A stretch of DNA of 64,000 bases from Selaginella moellendorffii (Eukaryota > Plantae > Lycopodiophyta): assembly GCF_000143415.4 (NCBI RefSeq), contig NW_003314269.1, forward strand, positions 1,242,150 to 1,306,149, written 5' to 3'. This document shows positions 25,971 to 40,029 of the stretch, piece after piece. Within the stretch, counting starts at the first letter, position 1. Each line of letters starts with the position of its first letter. The notes below the pieces were generated by a model. The model searched no databases, was not told the DNA's origin, and worked only from the letters and a program-made list of their open reading frames with translations. The translations under genes and the position numbers were made by a program.

Positions 25971-26835
25971 TCTTTTGTAAGATCAGCAAATGTGGTGTCT
26001 TCATATTTGGTGAATTCCAGTAAATTCTGGTTAAACCGCTCTTGCAAGATTTTTAGGGCATCTCTTGGCTTTCTTTGAAGCAACTCCTTCCCTGCATGCT
26101 TTTAGTGGACAGTCGTCAGGGAGGAGGTAATTACTATTCACTATGAGTAGGGCTCACTTCACGTCTCTTAATCTGAGCTCCAGAGGTATCGAATGCTCAG
26201 CAGGATGACCATTCATCGAACGATTACTTCATATTTGGGCAAGCGTGAAAGCGCTCGATCGCGAGGTTATGAAATTTAGATGCCCTCCAAGGGCGCCAAA
26301 GTGCCAGTTTCGGGCCGTTATTATGCCCATATTGGGCATACGCTCGGGGAGCTCTGGCATGATCGAATCAGCTCACGATCGTGCATGACCGGAATATGCC
26401 CCGGACATGGCCGTTATAGAGCATATGCCGTCACTTTTTTGAGATCTTTTTGCCCGTTGATCGGCCGCTGCCCGTGAATTGCGTCGGCGGGAAAAACTAT
26501 ATGGCCGGCCGGCCGGCCGGCGGATTTCAAATTCTCTTCCAAATCCGGCTAACTGGGCTTCCCTCTCTTTTAGACAATCCCTCTTGCTCTTTCTATATAG
26601 TGGTTTTTGGGGGTCCTGTGTGTGTGAGCTCGAGAAAGCGGCTGCGGCGCGCCCTAGCTCTTCTTCCTCTCCGCGAGAGAGGTTCGTCGGATTCAGCGCC
26701 TCCGCCTCGCCGCTCGACAAGGTATGCGCCGTGATCTTGAGGTTCTCTGTCGATTGCCGCCTTTTTCTCTGGGCGCATTCTTGTTTCGTGCTTTTCCCTG
26801 GTGTTTTCTTGCGATGCTTGCCAAATGCGGGCTAG

Positions 26836-28388
<1,553 letters not shown>

Positions 28389-29069
28389 TATGTCTCGCCC
28401 AAAAGGTGGAGTAGTGATTTCTCCAGTGACCGAGCTTCTCCTTTTCCTGACCATCGTTTTTTCCCTGGTTTCTTCTATAGTGGTTTAGATTAGATGATTT
28501 ATAGCTACTGCTGTGTTCTTTGTATCTCAATCAAGCTTACTTGATGGTTTGTTCTTTCTACGTGGAAATTAAAGTTTACAAATAATTCTTTTATCCAACG
28601 GCAACTTGGATTGTGTGTTTGAACGAACGGCTGAGATTTCGTGGGCAGTTGGATGTATATGCCACGTTCGATTCGCACCAGGTGCTGTAGTAAATCCGAC
28701 ACGTCAGCAAGAGATGGGACAGCTCGAACAGCCGCAATTTTTCGTACAAGCTCGTGGAACACGAGAAATTTGAGACATATTTAGGGCGGATTGTTAATGT
28801 GCTAGACTGCTGCAGCAATGGCGCAGCTATGGTGAATCGCGAGGCATTGGCGCAGCTCTTCCCGGCGATTTTCCAGCTCCTGGATGAATCTCCTCGCTGG
28901 TAAAGCAGTGGCCCCGGGAGGGTTTTGTGGAGATCCAGCCGCGCCGGGGCCCCGGAGCTCGCAGAGTATCAGCATTGGGAAGCGCGGGGCAGTAGAGCAA
29001 GGGGGAAGGATTTGCGCTGCGCGAGGGGGAGAAGCTCCATCGACACTGGATTCACTCTTAGGGTTTGAG

Positions 29070-32000
29070 ATGGCGAGCAGCGAGCTCGTCGCGTCGCGGG
29101 AGCCGGAGCATGTGATTATGTCGCGAGGAGGCTCCGTGCTTGGGCGGAAGACGATTCTCAAGAGCGATCACTTTCCAGGCTGCCAGAACAAGCGTTTACA
29201 GCCGCACGTCCAAGGCGCTCCAAATTATCGCCAGGTTTGTAGCGGGACGAAGTTACCCAAGCTTTCGTCTGACAAAACATATCAAACAGGTTAGCTCGCT
29301 CCCCGTGTTTGGCGTAGCTATTCCAACGATCGATGGTATACGCAAGGTGCTCGATTTGATCGGCGCAAATCGGAATGGAGGTCACAAGCGCGTGCTCTGG
29401 CACAATCTCCGTGAAGAGCCAGTAAGAAGATTTTTATTCTGTTCGTCATCTTCACGGAAGTTCTCTACTTTCAGGTTATTTACATAAATGGTCGGCCATT
29501 TGTGTTGAGAGAGATCGAGAGGCCATTCACGAACCTCGAGTATACTGTGAGTGTAGTGTTGCTTGACGAACTAAAAGCTGATTTTGTCATTGAATAGGGA
29601 ATTAACAGAGTTCGTGTTGAGGAAATGGAAGCCAGGCTGAAAGAGGATGTTCTTCGAGAGGCTGGTCGGTATGTTTCTTAGCTCACTCGTTTTAGTAAAT
29701 TGTGAGTGCTATTTTGTCCTTAGGTTTGGCTGCAAAATCCTGGTTTGTGATGAAATGCCTGACGGCCAAATGATCGACCAGTGGGAACCAATAACTGACG
29801 CATCGGTGCTAACACCTCTAGAGGTTGAAGGTCTTCAACTGCATTTGCTTTCAACTTAGTTGTTTTTTTCGGAATAGGTGTACGACAGCTTGTGCAATGA
29901 GTCGTACTTCGTGGATTATGAACGGTTGCCAATCACTGATGAGAAATCTCCCAAAGAACGGGACTTCGATCTACTGGTTTGTTGCTTTATCCTTGAACAA
30001 GCTGAAATTCTTCTTTGTTCTGGATCGAGCAGGTGCAGCGTGTTGCAGAAGCGGACATTAACACCGCCTTGGTGTTTAATTGTCAAATGGGTCGAGGGCG
30101 TACAACTACTGGAATGGTCATTGCAACTCTTGTATATTTGAAGCGAAGCGGATCTGCAGGTGTCATTTTACGTTTTTTTGTCTTTTTGATCCGGTTAACT
30201 ATTTGACTTCTCGTCCACATTAACAATGGAAGATTATATCATGTGAGGAAACAAAGATTTTAGAAAGATTCTAGAGATTACTAATTCCGAGGCAGCAGTA
30301 TTTTGCAGGAATTCGTAGATCGAGGTCCTTCGGGGAAGTACTTGGCTCTGCAGAGGAGTCAATTGACGAATTTCCTGATTCCGAGGAAGGGTTTAGACAA
30401 GGTGAATACACTGTTGTAAGGAGCCTTTGTCGGGTTTTGGAGGTAAGAAATACTGTTTTTTTGCTTTGTTTTTATTCTGACTCTGAAGACTTTCTGTTTT
30501 TCAGGGTGGCGTCGAAGGCAAACGACAAGTTGATACTGTTATAGATAGGTGTTCGGCTATGCAGGTAGATGTATTTTTTCCTTTCGAGGTTGCTGTTATT
30601 CACAATAGACCATGGCAGAACTTGCGTGAAGCCATCAACACATATCGTAACAGCATTTTGCGTCAAGCAGATGAAAAGAAGAGGGAGTCTTCTCTCTCGT
30701 ACTTTGTCGAGTATCTGGAGCGGTACTACTTTCTGATCTGTTTTGCTGTATATATACATACAGATCAGTCTGCCTTAACGCAGCCTGGTGGCTTTCAGCA
30801 GTGGATGAAGGCTAGGCCGGAATTGTACAGTATCTTGAGAAGGTTTGCTGTATCTTTAGTAGTCACATTCTCGCTCATGAGCATTTCTTTCAGGCTCTTG
30901 CGGCGGGATCCCATGGGAGCACTTGGCTACAGAAGCAAACCCCCTGTGGCAGCTGAAAATGGCCGACCATCCAGGATGGAAGCTGTGGCGGCATGCAGAA
31001 CTGGAGACGTTCTTGGGAAACAAACAGTTTTGAAGGGTGACCACTATCCGGGCTGTCATAATCCTCATCTGCCCGAAAGTGTGGAGGGAGCTCCAAACTT
31101 CAGGGAAATTCCTGGTTTTCCTGTCTACGGAGTTGCCAATCCCACTGTTAGCGGCATCAAAGCGGTCTTGGAAAGAGTTGGTGGTGGAAAAGGGGGACGT
31201 CCCGTCTTGTGGCATAACATGAGAGAGGAGCCAGTCGTATATATCAATGGACAGCCATTCGTTCTGCGAGAAGTCGAGAGGCCTTACAAAAACATGCTAG
31301 AGTATACAGTAAGTCCTAACCGATGGTATTTGTGTTCATATGTCTAATTTGGCTCTGTCTCAGGGAATTGATCGCGACCGAGTAGAACAGATGGAGGCTC
31401 GACTCAAGGAAGACGTGCTCAAGGAAGCAGAACGTTATGATGGTGCAATTATGGTGAACCACGAATCGAAAGACGGTTTCATATTCGACAGCTGGGAAAC
31501 TGTTACTCCAGAAGGAGTTCAGACTCCATTCGAAGTTTACTCTCGGCTGGTCTCCGAAGGCTACTCTATCGAGTATTCTCGTATGCCAATTACTGATGGA
31601 AAAGCTCCAAAGAGCTCAGACTTCGACACACTGACTTCTAAGATTGTTTCTGCTCCCAAAAAGACCGTCTTCGTCTTTAACTGTCAGGTAAAATAGACTT
31701 CACTTGATGTGTTACTGTAATGCTTACGTCGTGCCTCCGCTGTGCAGATGGGACGTGGACGCACAACAACAGGCACTGTTATCGCTTGTCTAGTAAAACT
31801 CCGCTGCGATTATGGCAAGCCTTTTCGTTTACCGTCCGCTCTTCCTGGATCTTCTGTGGACGGTGGATCAGATAGCAGCGGAGAAGAAAACGGTGAAGCC
31901 GGTGACGAGCACCTGACTTTCAAGCCAGCAAAGTTGGAAAGGTGCAAATCGACAAGCGTACTCGTAATGGACGACATATCTATTGTGAGAAGACTCACAC

Positions 32001-33931
32001 GCTTACTAGAGGACGGGGTCGCATGCAGGGAGGCACTTGATGATGTTATAGACCGGTGTGCAGCACTACAGAATCTCCGTCAGGCTATTTTACAGTACCG
32101 TAAGAGCTTCAATCAACAAAATCTGGAGTCTCCTGGCCGAAGAGCAGCTCTAAATCGTGGAGTTGAGTATCTGGAGCGGTACTGCATGATGATCGCGTTT
32201 GCTTCTTACCTCGGTAGTGAAGCGTTCAGTGAAACTCAGCGTTTGCCGTTCAAGGTATGGCTAAACAAGCGACCAGAAATCAAACAGATGAAGTGGAGTA
32301 TGCGGTTGAGGCCGGCTCGTTTTTTCGCTGTTCCTGTGAGTTTTTTTGTTTTTTACTTTTTTCTTTCTTCGTCTAATCTGTTTTATCCAGGAGGTGGAAT
32401 TTCGGGCATTGGCTGAGAATTGCGAGGGCGATGAGATTTTAGAAGCGATAGTCAAGTCCCGGAATGGTTCGGTTCTGGGGAAACGGGCTATTCTCAAAAT
32501 GTACCATTTCCCAGGTCAGAGCGCGGCAAGCTGCTTTGACATCCCTGGAGTACCTCATATGCGTAAGGTCCGTATTCTACAGAAGTTCTTCATAGCACTT
32601 CTAACGCTTTATACAGATAGATGGCTTTCCAGTATATAGCATGGCCACACCCACTGCTCAAGGCGCCAAAGCAGCGTTTGCTTGTCTCAAGACAGCCGTT
32701 GATCAAGGAAAGCACGCTGTTGTGACCGACTTGAGAGAGGAGGCTGTGGTTTATATTCGCGGTAATCCATTTGTTTTACGGGAGCTTGACCAACCTGTAA
32801 GCACTTTAAAGCACGTTGGAATAAAAGGTTCTGCGGTAGGTGTTTCATTTCTCATTGTTTCCTCACATACTAATCTCGATCAATAAGTTGCTCTTGGTTT
32901 TGGAAGTGATTTCTTTTGCTTTCTACGGTCGCTGACAACCTTTTTACGCCCTTGACAGGTTGAGCAAATGGAGTACAGGTTGAAGGAAGATATCCTCGCC
33001 GAGATGAAACGCTCTGGTGGCCGCGTGGTCTTACACCGAGAAGAGTGTAATCCACTGACAAACAAGTCTGACGTTATCGGGTACTGGGAAGTTCTGACGT
33101 CTGACGATGTTAAAATTCCTGCCGAAGTTTATACTGGTCTTGCGGCCGAAGGCTACAAAATCGACTACAAAAGAATCCCACTGACGAGGGAGAGGGCCGC
33201 TCTGGCAATGGATGTGGATGCCATCCAGGACAGACTAAACGGGTGAGCTCCTTTTTTATGTTTTTTTCTTTGTCATCTAACTCCTGATTGTTATTTCTAG
33301 ATCTGGCAGCGAATATGTATATATTTCTCACACGGGATACGGAGGTGTCGCGTATGCGATGGCAATCACTTGCATGGGGCTGCAAGCCGAAGCCGAAGCT
33401 AGCTTGGCAGCTTCTTCCTCGGGGGTTCCATCTTGTGTGTATGGACCCATACAAAGGCCTGCCGATGATATAAACGCTTTCAAGCAAGGGGACTACAGAG
33501 ACATACTCAGCTTGGTGAGAGTCCTGCCAAGCGGACCTTTTTGCAAAGCCGAAGTGGATACCATCATCGACAGGTAAGTTTAGTTTACTTCTTTCTTTTC
33601 CCGTCTCACTGTTGGTGTTGTGATAGATGCTCTGAAGCTGGAAATCTGAGAGATGACATCCTCTATTACAAGCAGCAGCTCGAATGCTGCCAGCAAGAGG
33701 ACGAGGAGCACCGAGCTTACATTCAAGACATGGGTGTCAAAGCTTTGAGGTAACTTTTGGGAATGCTATCCCCTTTTTGCTAACACTATAGTGTGCTCTC
33801 GCAGGAGATACGCGTTTCTCATAGCATTCCGCTCGTTTCTGACGAGTAGAACTCCCAATTCCTCGTTTGCTGCGTGGATGCACTCCCGCCCGGAGCTTGG
33901 CCACCTCTGCTACAACCTCAAGCTCGAGTGA
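29070..33931 (+). CDS. Paladin-like protein with three tandem PTP-like (phytase-like) domains, multi-exon
   Basis: GSVLGRKTILKSDHFPGCQN; LWHNLREEP; FNCQMGRGRTTTG twice; VEYLERY; third domain TDLREEAVVYIRG. Confidence 0.92.
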
Positions 33932-34248
33932 GTCTCCTTTTCCTTTTTTTTCCACCTGTAATATGTGTATAGTGGTAACTTTTCCTTGGAAGGAAGAGAT
34001 GCTTTCTTTTCATTTGAGGGTGTGAGACTGTAGAGAAGCTTTTCACCTTGAATGGAATTTTACACTTTGCATGTCTTCTAGCTTTCCAGATTCGTGCTTC
34101 TTTTTCTTTCTTGTTCTTTCTTCTTATGCGATGGATGGTGTTAGTAGCAACTTGATCTGCTCCTGAATCGCGGTGGCATTCTCAGCATTGGCAGAATTCG
34201 CTGGTGCTCGTAAAGCCTGCGAGAGTTTGGCCTCCTCGCACGCGCTAG

Positions 34249-35167
34249 TCAGAACTTCCGCGTCTTTCCTGGTGATTTGCCGTCGTCCACTCTAGACAGG
34301 GAGAGTCCAGCACAAGGTGAGCGAAAGAGAGCGAAGCTTTTCTGTCACCTTAGAATCGCTGGGACTGTTTCTTCGGGCTGCTTCCCACCCAAGTCCACCA
34401 CTGTGATCTCCGGAGCTTCTTTCTCATCGCCACCTTTCGTCGCCTCCTCTTTGGCGTCTTTGGCGTCTTTGGGAGGCGCCAGTTGGACGCCATACTCCAC
34501 CGCCTCGCCCTTCTCCAGGATCACCAAAACAGGATGCTGGAACAATGGAGGAGCACGAAACTGTGATCCATCGCGTTTCAAGATATGGCGCGCTTGCCTG
34601 ATACTTGACTCCAGCTGCGAGGAAGTTCTTCCTTTCCTTGAGCGCAACCTCGACGCTGGCTCCGGACTCTATCAGAATCTCTCCGATCGACTCCCACTTC
34701 GACTGGGCCTCCTCCTGGGCAAGCTCGCATAAATCTACGCGCAAGAGATTTCATCGTCACGAAGCTTTACGTACCCCTGCGACCTTGCGAGCAAAGATCT
34801 TGTACGTGTCTGTGCTCTCCACCTTGTTTACCTCGAGTTCCTTCCTTCACAAGACGCGCAGTGTAAGAGTGTGATTAAGATCCTATCCAAGGAGAGCTTA
34901 CAGAATCTTGGGCTTGGCTTTCGCCTCTGGCCGCTTTCCGAATCCCCCGCTGGTGCGCAGTGCTGCAACAATGCTGCTCTTGTGAGCCAGACGACAGGGG
35001 CAGTCGCCGAGCTCCTGGGAGAGTTTCAAACTCGAGCCCATCACAGCACTACTGCTGAAACACCATTCTTTCCTTGTTCCATAGAACCTACTCAGACCGT
35101 GTCAGTGAAGAGCTCCCAAGAACTACGAGTACCTGGGAGCAAAGACGCCAATGCTAGCGACCGCCAT
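34249..35167 (-). CDS. Predicted plastid-targeted protein, distantly HHL1-like, multi-exon
   Basis: Spliced: MAVASIGVFAP/SSSAVMGSSLKLS...GGFGK.../YKIFARKVAG/EEAQSKWESIGEI...KYQ/HPVLVILEKGEAVEYGVQLA.../RVDDGKSPGKTRKF*. Needs a GC-AG intron at 34537-34597. The family call is from pattern resemblance only. Confidence 0.6.
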
Positions 35168-35396
35168 AGCCGAGAAAAAAACGATATAGGTTTTTCCTGA
35201 ACATAGGAAATCCTGGGTTTTGTTTCTAGGACGTGGAGAGGATGCGATTGCACGAACATCTTACGCATGCTCCAGCTCTACTTCCCCACCCTCACTTTCA
35301 CGGAGTCAGCAATCTTCCTTCCAGACTATGGCGGCAGCAGGGGAATGATTACAGTCCAATTCAATTACTACTAATCTCCTCTCTCTCTCTCTTCAC

Positions 35397-35496
35397 CCTG
35401 CCTGGGCGGTTGGCCCATGGAGTGAGTCAATATGGAGTCTGTGGATGCGCCTGTGATAGATCTGTCGCAGACAAGAGGCTCGATTGTTCAGGCAGG
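35397..35496 (+). ncRNA. Candidate stem-loop RNA (pre-miRNA-like)
   Basis: 35397-35416 pairs with 35477-35496 at 19 of 20 positions, 6 of them G-U, so the fold is plus-strand specific. Confidence 0.3.
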
Positions 35497-38116
35497 AACT
35501 TGGACTTTCGATTGAGTCATGGGTACAGTATAGATAAATAAACATTCCTTTAAGAGGTAATCTTAAGGTAGTCTCATTAACTAAAAACATTTTCCTTTTT
35601 TATCAAAATTAATAAAGGGAATTTAAAAATAACAACAGTGTAAATCACCTTGCCACACACTAACAATAGGAGTGATACAATACAATATGAAGTACAAAAA
35701 TTTATTAGATTTTACTATAATATATTTGTGAAATAGGAAATTATTTTTAATAAATTAAATCAAATTGATTATTCTTCTGATCTAGATAAATTTTTTGTAA
35801 AGACTTTTATTACAACTGACTTTAAAAAAAGCTATTATAAGTCTACAATATAAAACTCTAGGTTTTAAGTGGAATATTTTAATTCCCTGGTATGGCAATG
35901 AATATATGATTGTGCAAGGGAGCATTATATATTCACACGTATGTGGATTTACTTTTTTTTTTTCTTAATTGCATGGTAAAATATTATATACACAATCACT
36001 TTTGATTGTTATATAAACAATTAAAACATTATTTTATGTATAATATTTTTGTTATAAGGCATGCTATATGTGAATAAAGTATTACACCTCAGATTGCCAC
36101 AAAAGACTGATGTTCTTTTTTGGCAATTTGCTAATTTATTTTATATATCTAATTATCTTTGTTTTGGCTTTAGTTAAATTCTTTTGCTAAAGTTCTTACT
36201 TATTATACCAACTTTGGCTTAGTTTAGCTAGTTATTACATAAGCACTAGAGTGTTAGCTAACTCTTTATAAGTTTTTAAACTCTCTATCAATCCTTTTTC
36301 CTAAGTTAGACTGTACTAAAGGTTTAATTACACTCTTTGTAAGCATAAAGCACACTAAACCTCTACTTTTTTAACATCCCATGGTACATAAAACTTGTTT
36401 ATAAAACTTCTAAATCCCAAGCCTTAAGTGCATCTTTTAGTCTAAAACATTAAAGGGAAACACCATGGCTTAACAACTTGGTAAAAATACCTTAACTCCC
36501 CACCTCTATCCTAAAGAGAAGGCCCAAGCCTCTAGAAGGGGCAAGAACCAATACACTTTATGGTACTTAAATGGGGCACTACTTCACTTGAGCTGGGAGC
36601 AATATAGTTAATTTCCCTTCTAAAAGTAAGAGTTGTTCTTGAGCACTTCTTTGAGGAGCATCTTTGGCACTTCTCAAGCTTGTGCTTACTCCCACCCAAA
36701 GTTACTAACTAATGTTAACCCAAATTTGGTTTAGAAGCACTATTAGATAATTCTATAGCTATGTCGAGTTCTATAAAACTTTTAATGGCTCGCTTATTGA
36801 TAACTTCCCATGGATTTACCCTGATGCTCAAATGTGGTGAGTTGTTATAACAGATTTCATAGCAAATCCTAAATGATTTACTTAATTCATCTAGTCTAAG
36901 ACATAACACCACAGATAATCCTCTAGTTGTCTATTCACCTTTTTTGTTTGTCCATTTGTTATGAAGTGTTATCACCACAATACTTAACTCAATACTTAAT
37001 ACTTATTTAAGGGTGATAGGCTATAATGAATTTTAGTTTGGTGCAATACTATTCTAAGAGGGTTTTTTAAAACTTGCTAGTGAAAATTTTATTTTGATCT
37101 GAGATAATTTCTTTTGGCTTTCCACGTCCTCAGACCATATGTTCAAAGAGTAACTTTGCCACACTTTCCATATCAATGTCTATCCATTTTTGAAACTTGA
37201 TCTACCACCATAAATATTGCATCAAACCCCTCACTTGGGGAGTTTCATAATAAAGTCCATTGTAAGACATTTCTATTGATGATTTAAGATTGAGAGGCTT
37301 TACAATAAACCCCCACTAGCCTCAGTTATAGCCTTTGCCTACTGATATATCTTTATATAGTATTGAACGTCTTTAGTTATATTTGGCTAGTGATACTTTC
37401 TCTTGAGCAAGTTTACCATTTTAGGCACATTGCCATGTCCTGCAAGAGGTTTGTTATAACACTCTTCTAAGAGTACTCTTCTTAGTTCCCTTTATAGGAC
37501 ATACACCCTCGTTTGCTTATAATAAATGAGTTCATTGCATTTCATATAATCAATTTTCTTTCCTTAAGCACCTTGCCTCTTTAGTGGGCATCACATGCCT
37601 TTTGGTTCCTTAACAACATGTTTTATGCTAGACCATCATCCTTATACATTGTCTGCACATCATACTAGAAAGTTGTTATTGTGCTAAATATCGCCAATTT
37701 CAAACTTGCTTAGAGCATCTACCATGATATTGTTCTTCTTAGATTTCTAGAATATCTCGCAATTGAACTTAGCTAAAACATTAGCCTACTAATCCTATTT
37801 CCCTTGAAGTTCGGATTGTGACAAAAACTGTTTTATTGCCATATTATCTATGTATACCTTGAAATGTCTCCCAAGGTAGTGTCATCACGTTTTGAACACT
37901 TTAACCATTGCAAATAATTCTTTTTCATGGGTAAACCATTTTTGTTAAGCCTTATCCAACTTCTTCTAGAAGAATGCTTTTGGATAATTGTTTTGCTTCA
38001 AGATTGCACCCAATATAAAGTCTAAGGCATTTGTTTCTACCTCAAAGGCTTTACTAAAGTTTAGTAACATTAACACAAGAGCATTCCTCAACTTCCCTTT
38101 GATTTTAATGAATATC

Positions 38117-38490
38117 TGTAGCGTATGTGATCATGGGATGAGATTTAGATATACTATCACCGTGGATCCTTAGAACCTTGAGGGATAAATGGGGATAAAA
38201 TAGCCACTAAGGGCTTTCTCATCAAGCAATTGCCCTTTTTCCAATTGGCTTAAGAGGAGAGAGATAAGATGCGCTACAGTTGGTATTAGAGGAAATGGCA
38301 CGGGTTCGATTCCCATTGATTAGTGGCTACTTAAAAATATAATATACTCTTGAGCAAGGTATATTCCTATCCTTAAATTTGAAATCGTACGCATTAGACA
38401 TCCATGCGTACGTCCTTCCTCTTGTGTGGAGTATTCACGGACAAAGGTATCCACCGTGGGATTGCGGTACGGGTGGATGACTAATTGCCA
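38117..38490 (+). mobile_element. Small LTR element (TRIM-like, family D): 162-bp LTR, PBS and short internal region; other end not visible
   Basis: TGTAGCGTAT...ATGCGCTACA terminal inverted repeat 38117-38278; TGGTATTAGAG (Met-i PBS-like) at 38281; GGTTCGATTCC at 38303. Confidence 0.65.
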
Positions 38491-40016
38491 CAAGAAGACA
38501 GTGAAGGACAAGATGCCGATGCCACATGTGGATGATATCCTAGACAAGCTTGGTGAAGCACGAGTGTTTACCAAGATTGATCTGAGGAGTGGATATCATC
38601 AGATTGCAATGGATGATGCATCTATCTCCAAGACAGCATTCAACACAAGCTTCGGACATTTTGAGTTTACCGTTATGCCGTTTGGTTTGACGAATGCACC
38701 GGCCACATTTACTCGGTTGATGATGGAGGTATTTGGGCGTTATCTTCATGAGTTTGTGGAGATTTTCTTGGACGATATTCTTGTTTTTAGCAAGAATATA
38801 GAGGAGCATAGGGTGCATTTGCGCAAGGTTCTTTTGTTACTTCGAGACAGCAAACTTTATGCGAAGAAGAGCAAATGTGAATTTGCAAAGTCGGAGGTGG
38901 AATATCTAGGCCATATTGTGACATCTAAGGGTGTCAAGACGGATCCAAGGAAGGTGGCTGTGGTGGAAAACTGGCCTACACCGACTACAGTGGCCGAGTT
39001 GCGCAGTTTTCTTGGTATGGCTAGTTACTACCGGCGTTTCCAGCATAAGTTTGCAGAGGTGGCTATTCCATTGACGCGGTTGTTACGCAAGAATGTGCCA
39101 TTCGAGTGGAAGACGCCACAAGAGGAGAGTTTTGTGGCGCTGAAACGATTGTTGATCGAGGCTCCAGTGCTTCGCATTGCTGATCCATCGAAACCTTACG
39201 AGGTGACATGCGATGCGAGTGGTTATGCACTGGGAGGAGTTCTCATGCAAGAGGGACAACCTATTGCATATGAGAGTCGAACTTTGAATTCCGCGGAGCA
39301 ACGCTATTCCACATATGAGCAAGAGTTACTCTCTATTGTTCATACTTTGCGGACGTGGCGGCACTATCTTTATGGTGCAGTGTTCTTGGTGTTGACAGAT
39401 CACAAACCACTTGTGTATCTTTTCACACAGAAGGAGTTGAACACTAGGCAAGCTTGTTGGATGGTCAAACTCATGGAGTTTGGGGAGTTTCCTATTGAGC
39501 ATCGTCCGGGAAAATCAAATGTGGTGGCAGATGCTTTATCTCGTGTTCGTCATGTGACGATGTTACAAACACGATTTTGTCATCATTTGAGTAAGGTGGT
39601 CAGCGAGTTTGGGCAGTTGGTTGAGCATGCTCAAGCTCAGGATGCTGAGGTGGCCTCTTTGCGAGACCAGATGGAAGCTCCTTTCTCATTGGTGGATGGG
39701 ATTCTCTACTACAATGGCCGTGTCTATTTGCCACGGGTGGATGCGTTAATTACTCAAGTTTTATTCCACTATCATAATCGTCCAGAAGCCGGTCATTTTG
39801 GGGGGAAGAAGACGTATGAGTTGATTAAGCGCAACTTTTATTGGAGGAATATGAAGGCTGATATCCTCAAGTATTGTAAATCATGCGAGCTTTGTCAGCG
39901 GGTTAAGGTGCCACGGGAGAAGCCGGGGGGACTTTTGCAACCTTTACCTATTCCTCAGAGCCGTTGGTGTAGTATCTCTATGGACTTCATCACTTGTTTG
40001 CCACGAACACAGAGGC
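38490..40016 (+). repeat. 1.53-kb inverted duplicate of family B pol (RT, RNaseH, start of IN); partner at 41232-42758
   Basis: Near-identical translations on opposite strands; both arms are 1527 bp. Confidence 0.92.
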
Positions 40017-40029
40017 TCTCTGATACCAA

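Noticed and set aside
26499-26522. (GGCC)n palindrome upstream of tubulin
   Set aside because: Short microsatellite with no further support
38200-38230. Hammerhead ribozyme (retrozyme) in the small LTR
   Set aside because: Minus strand reads TTGATGAG rather than CTGATGAG, and there are no supporting stems
38295-38320. tRNA gene
   Set aside because: T-arm motif only; no cloverleaf visible
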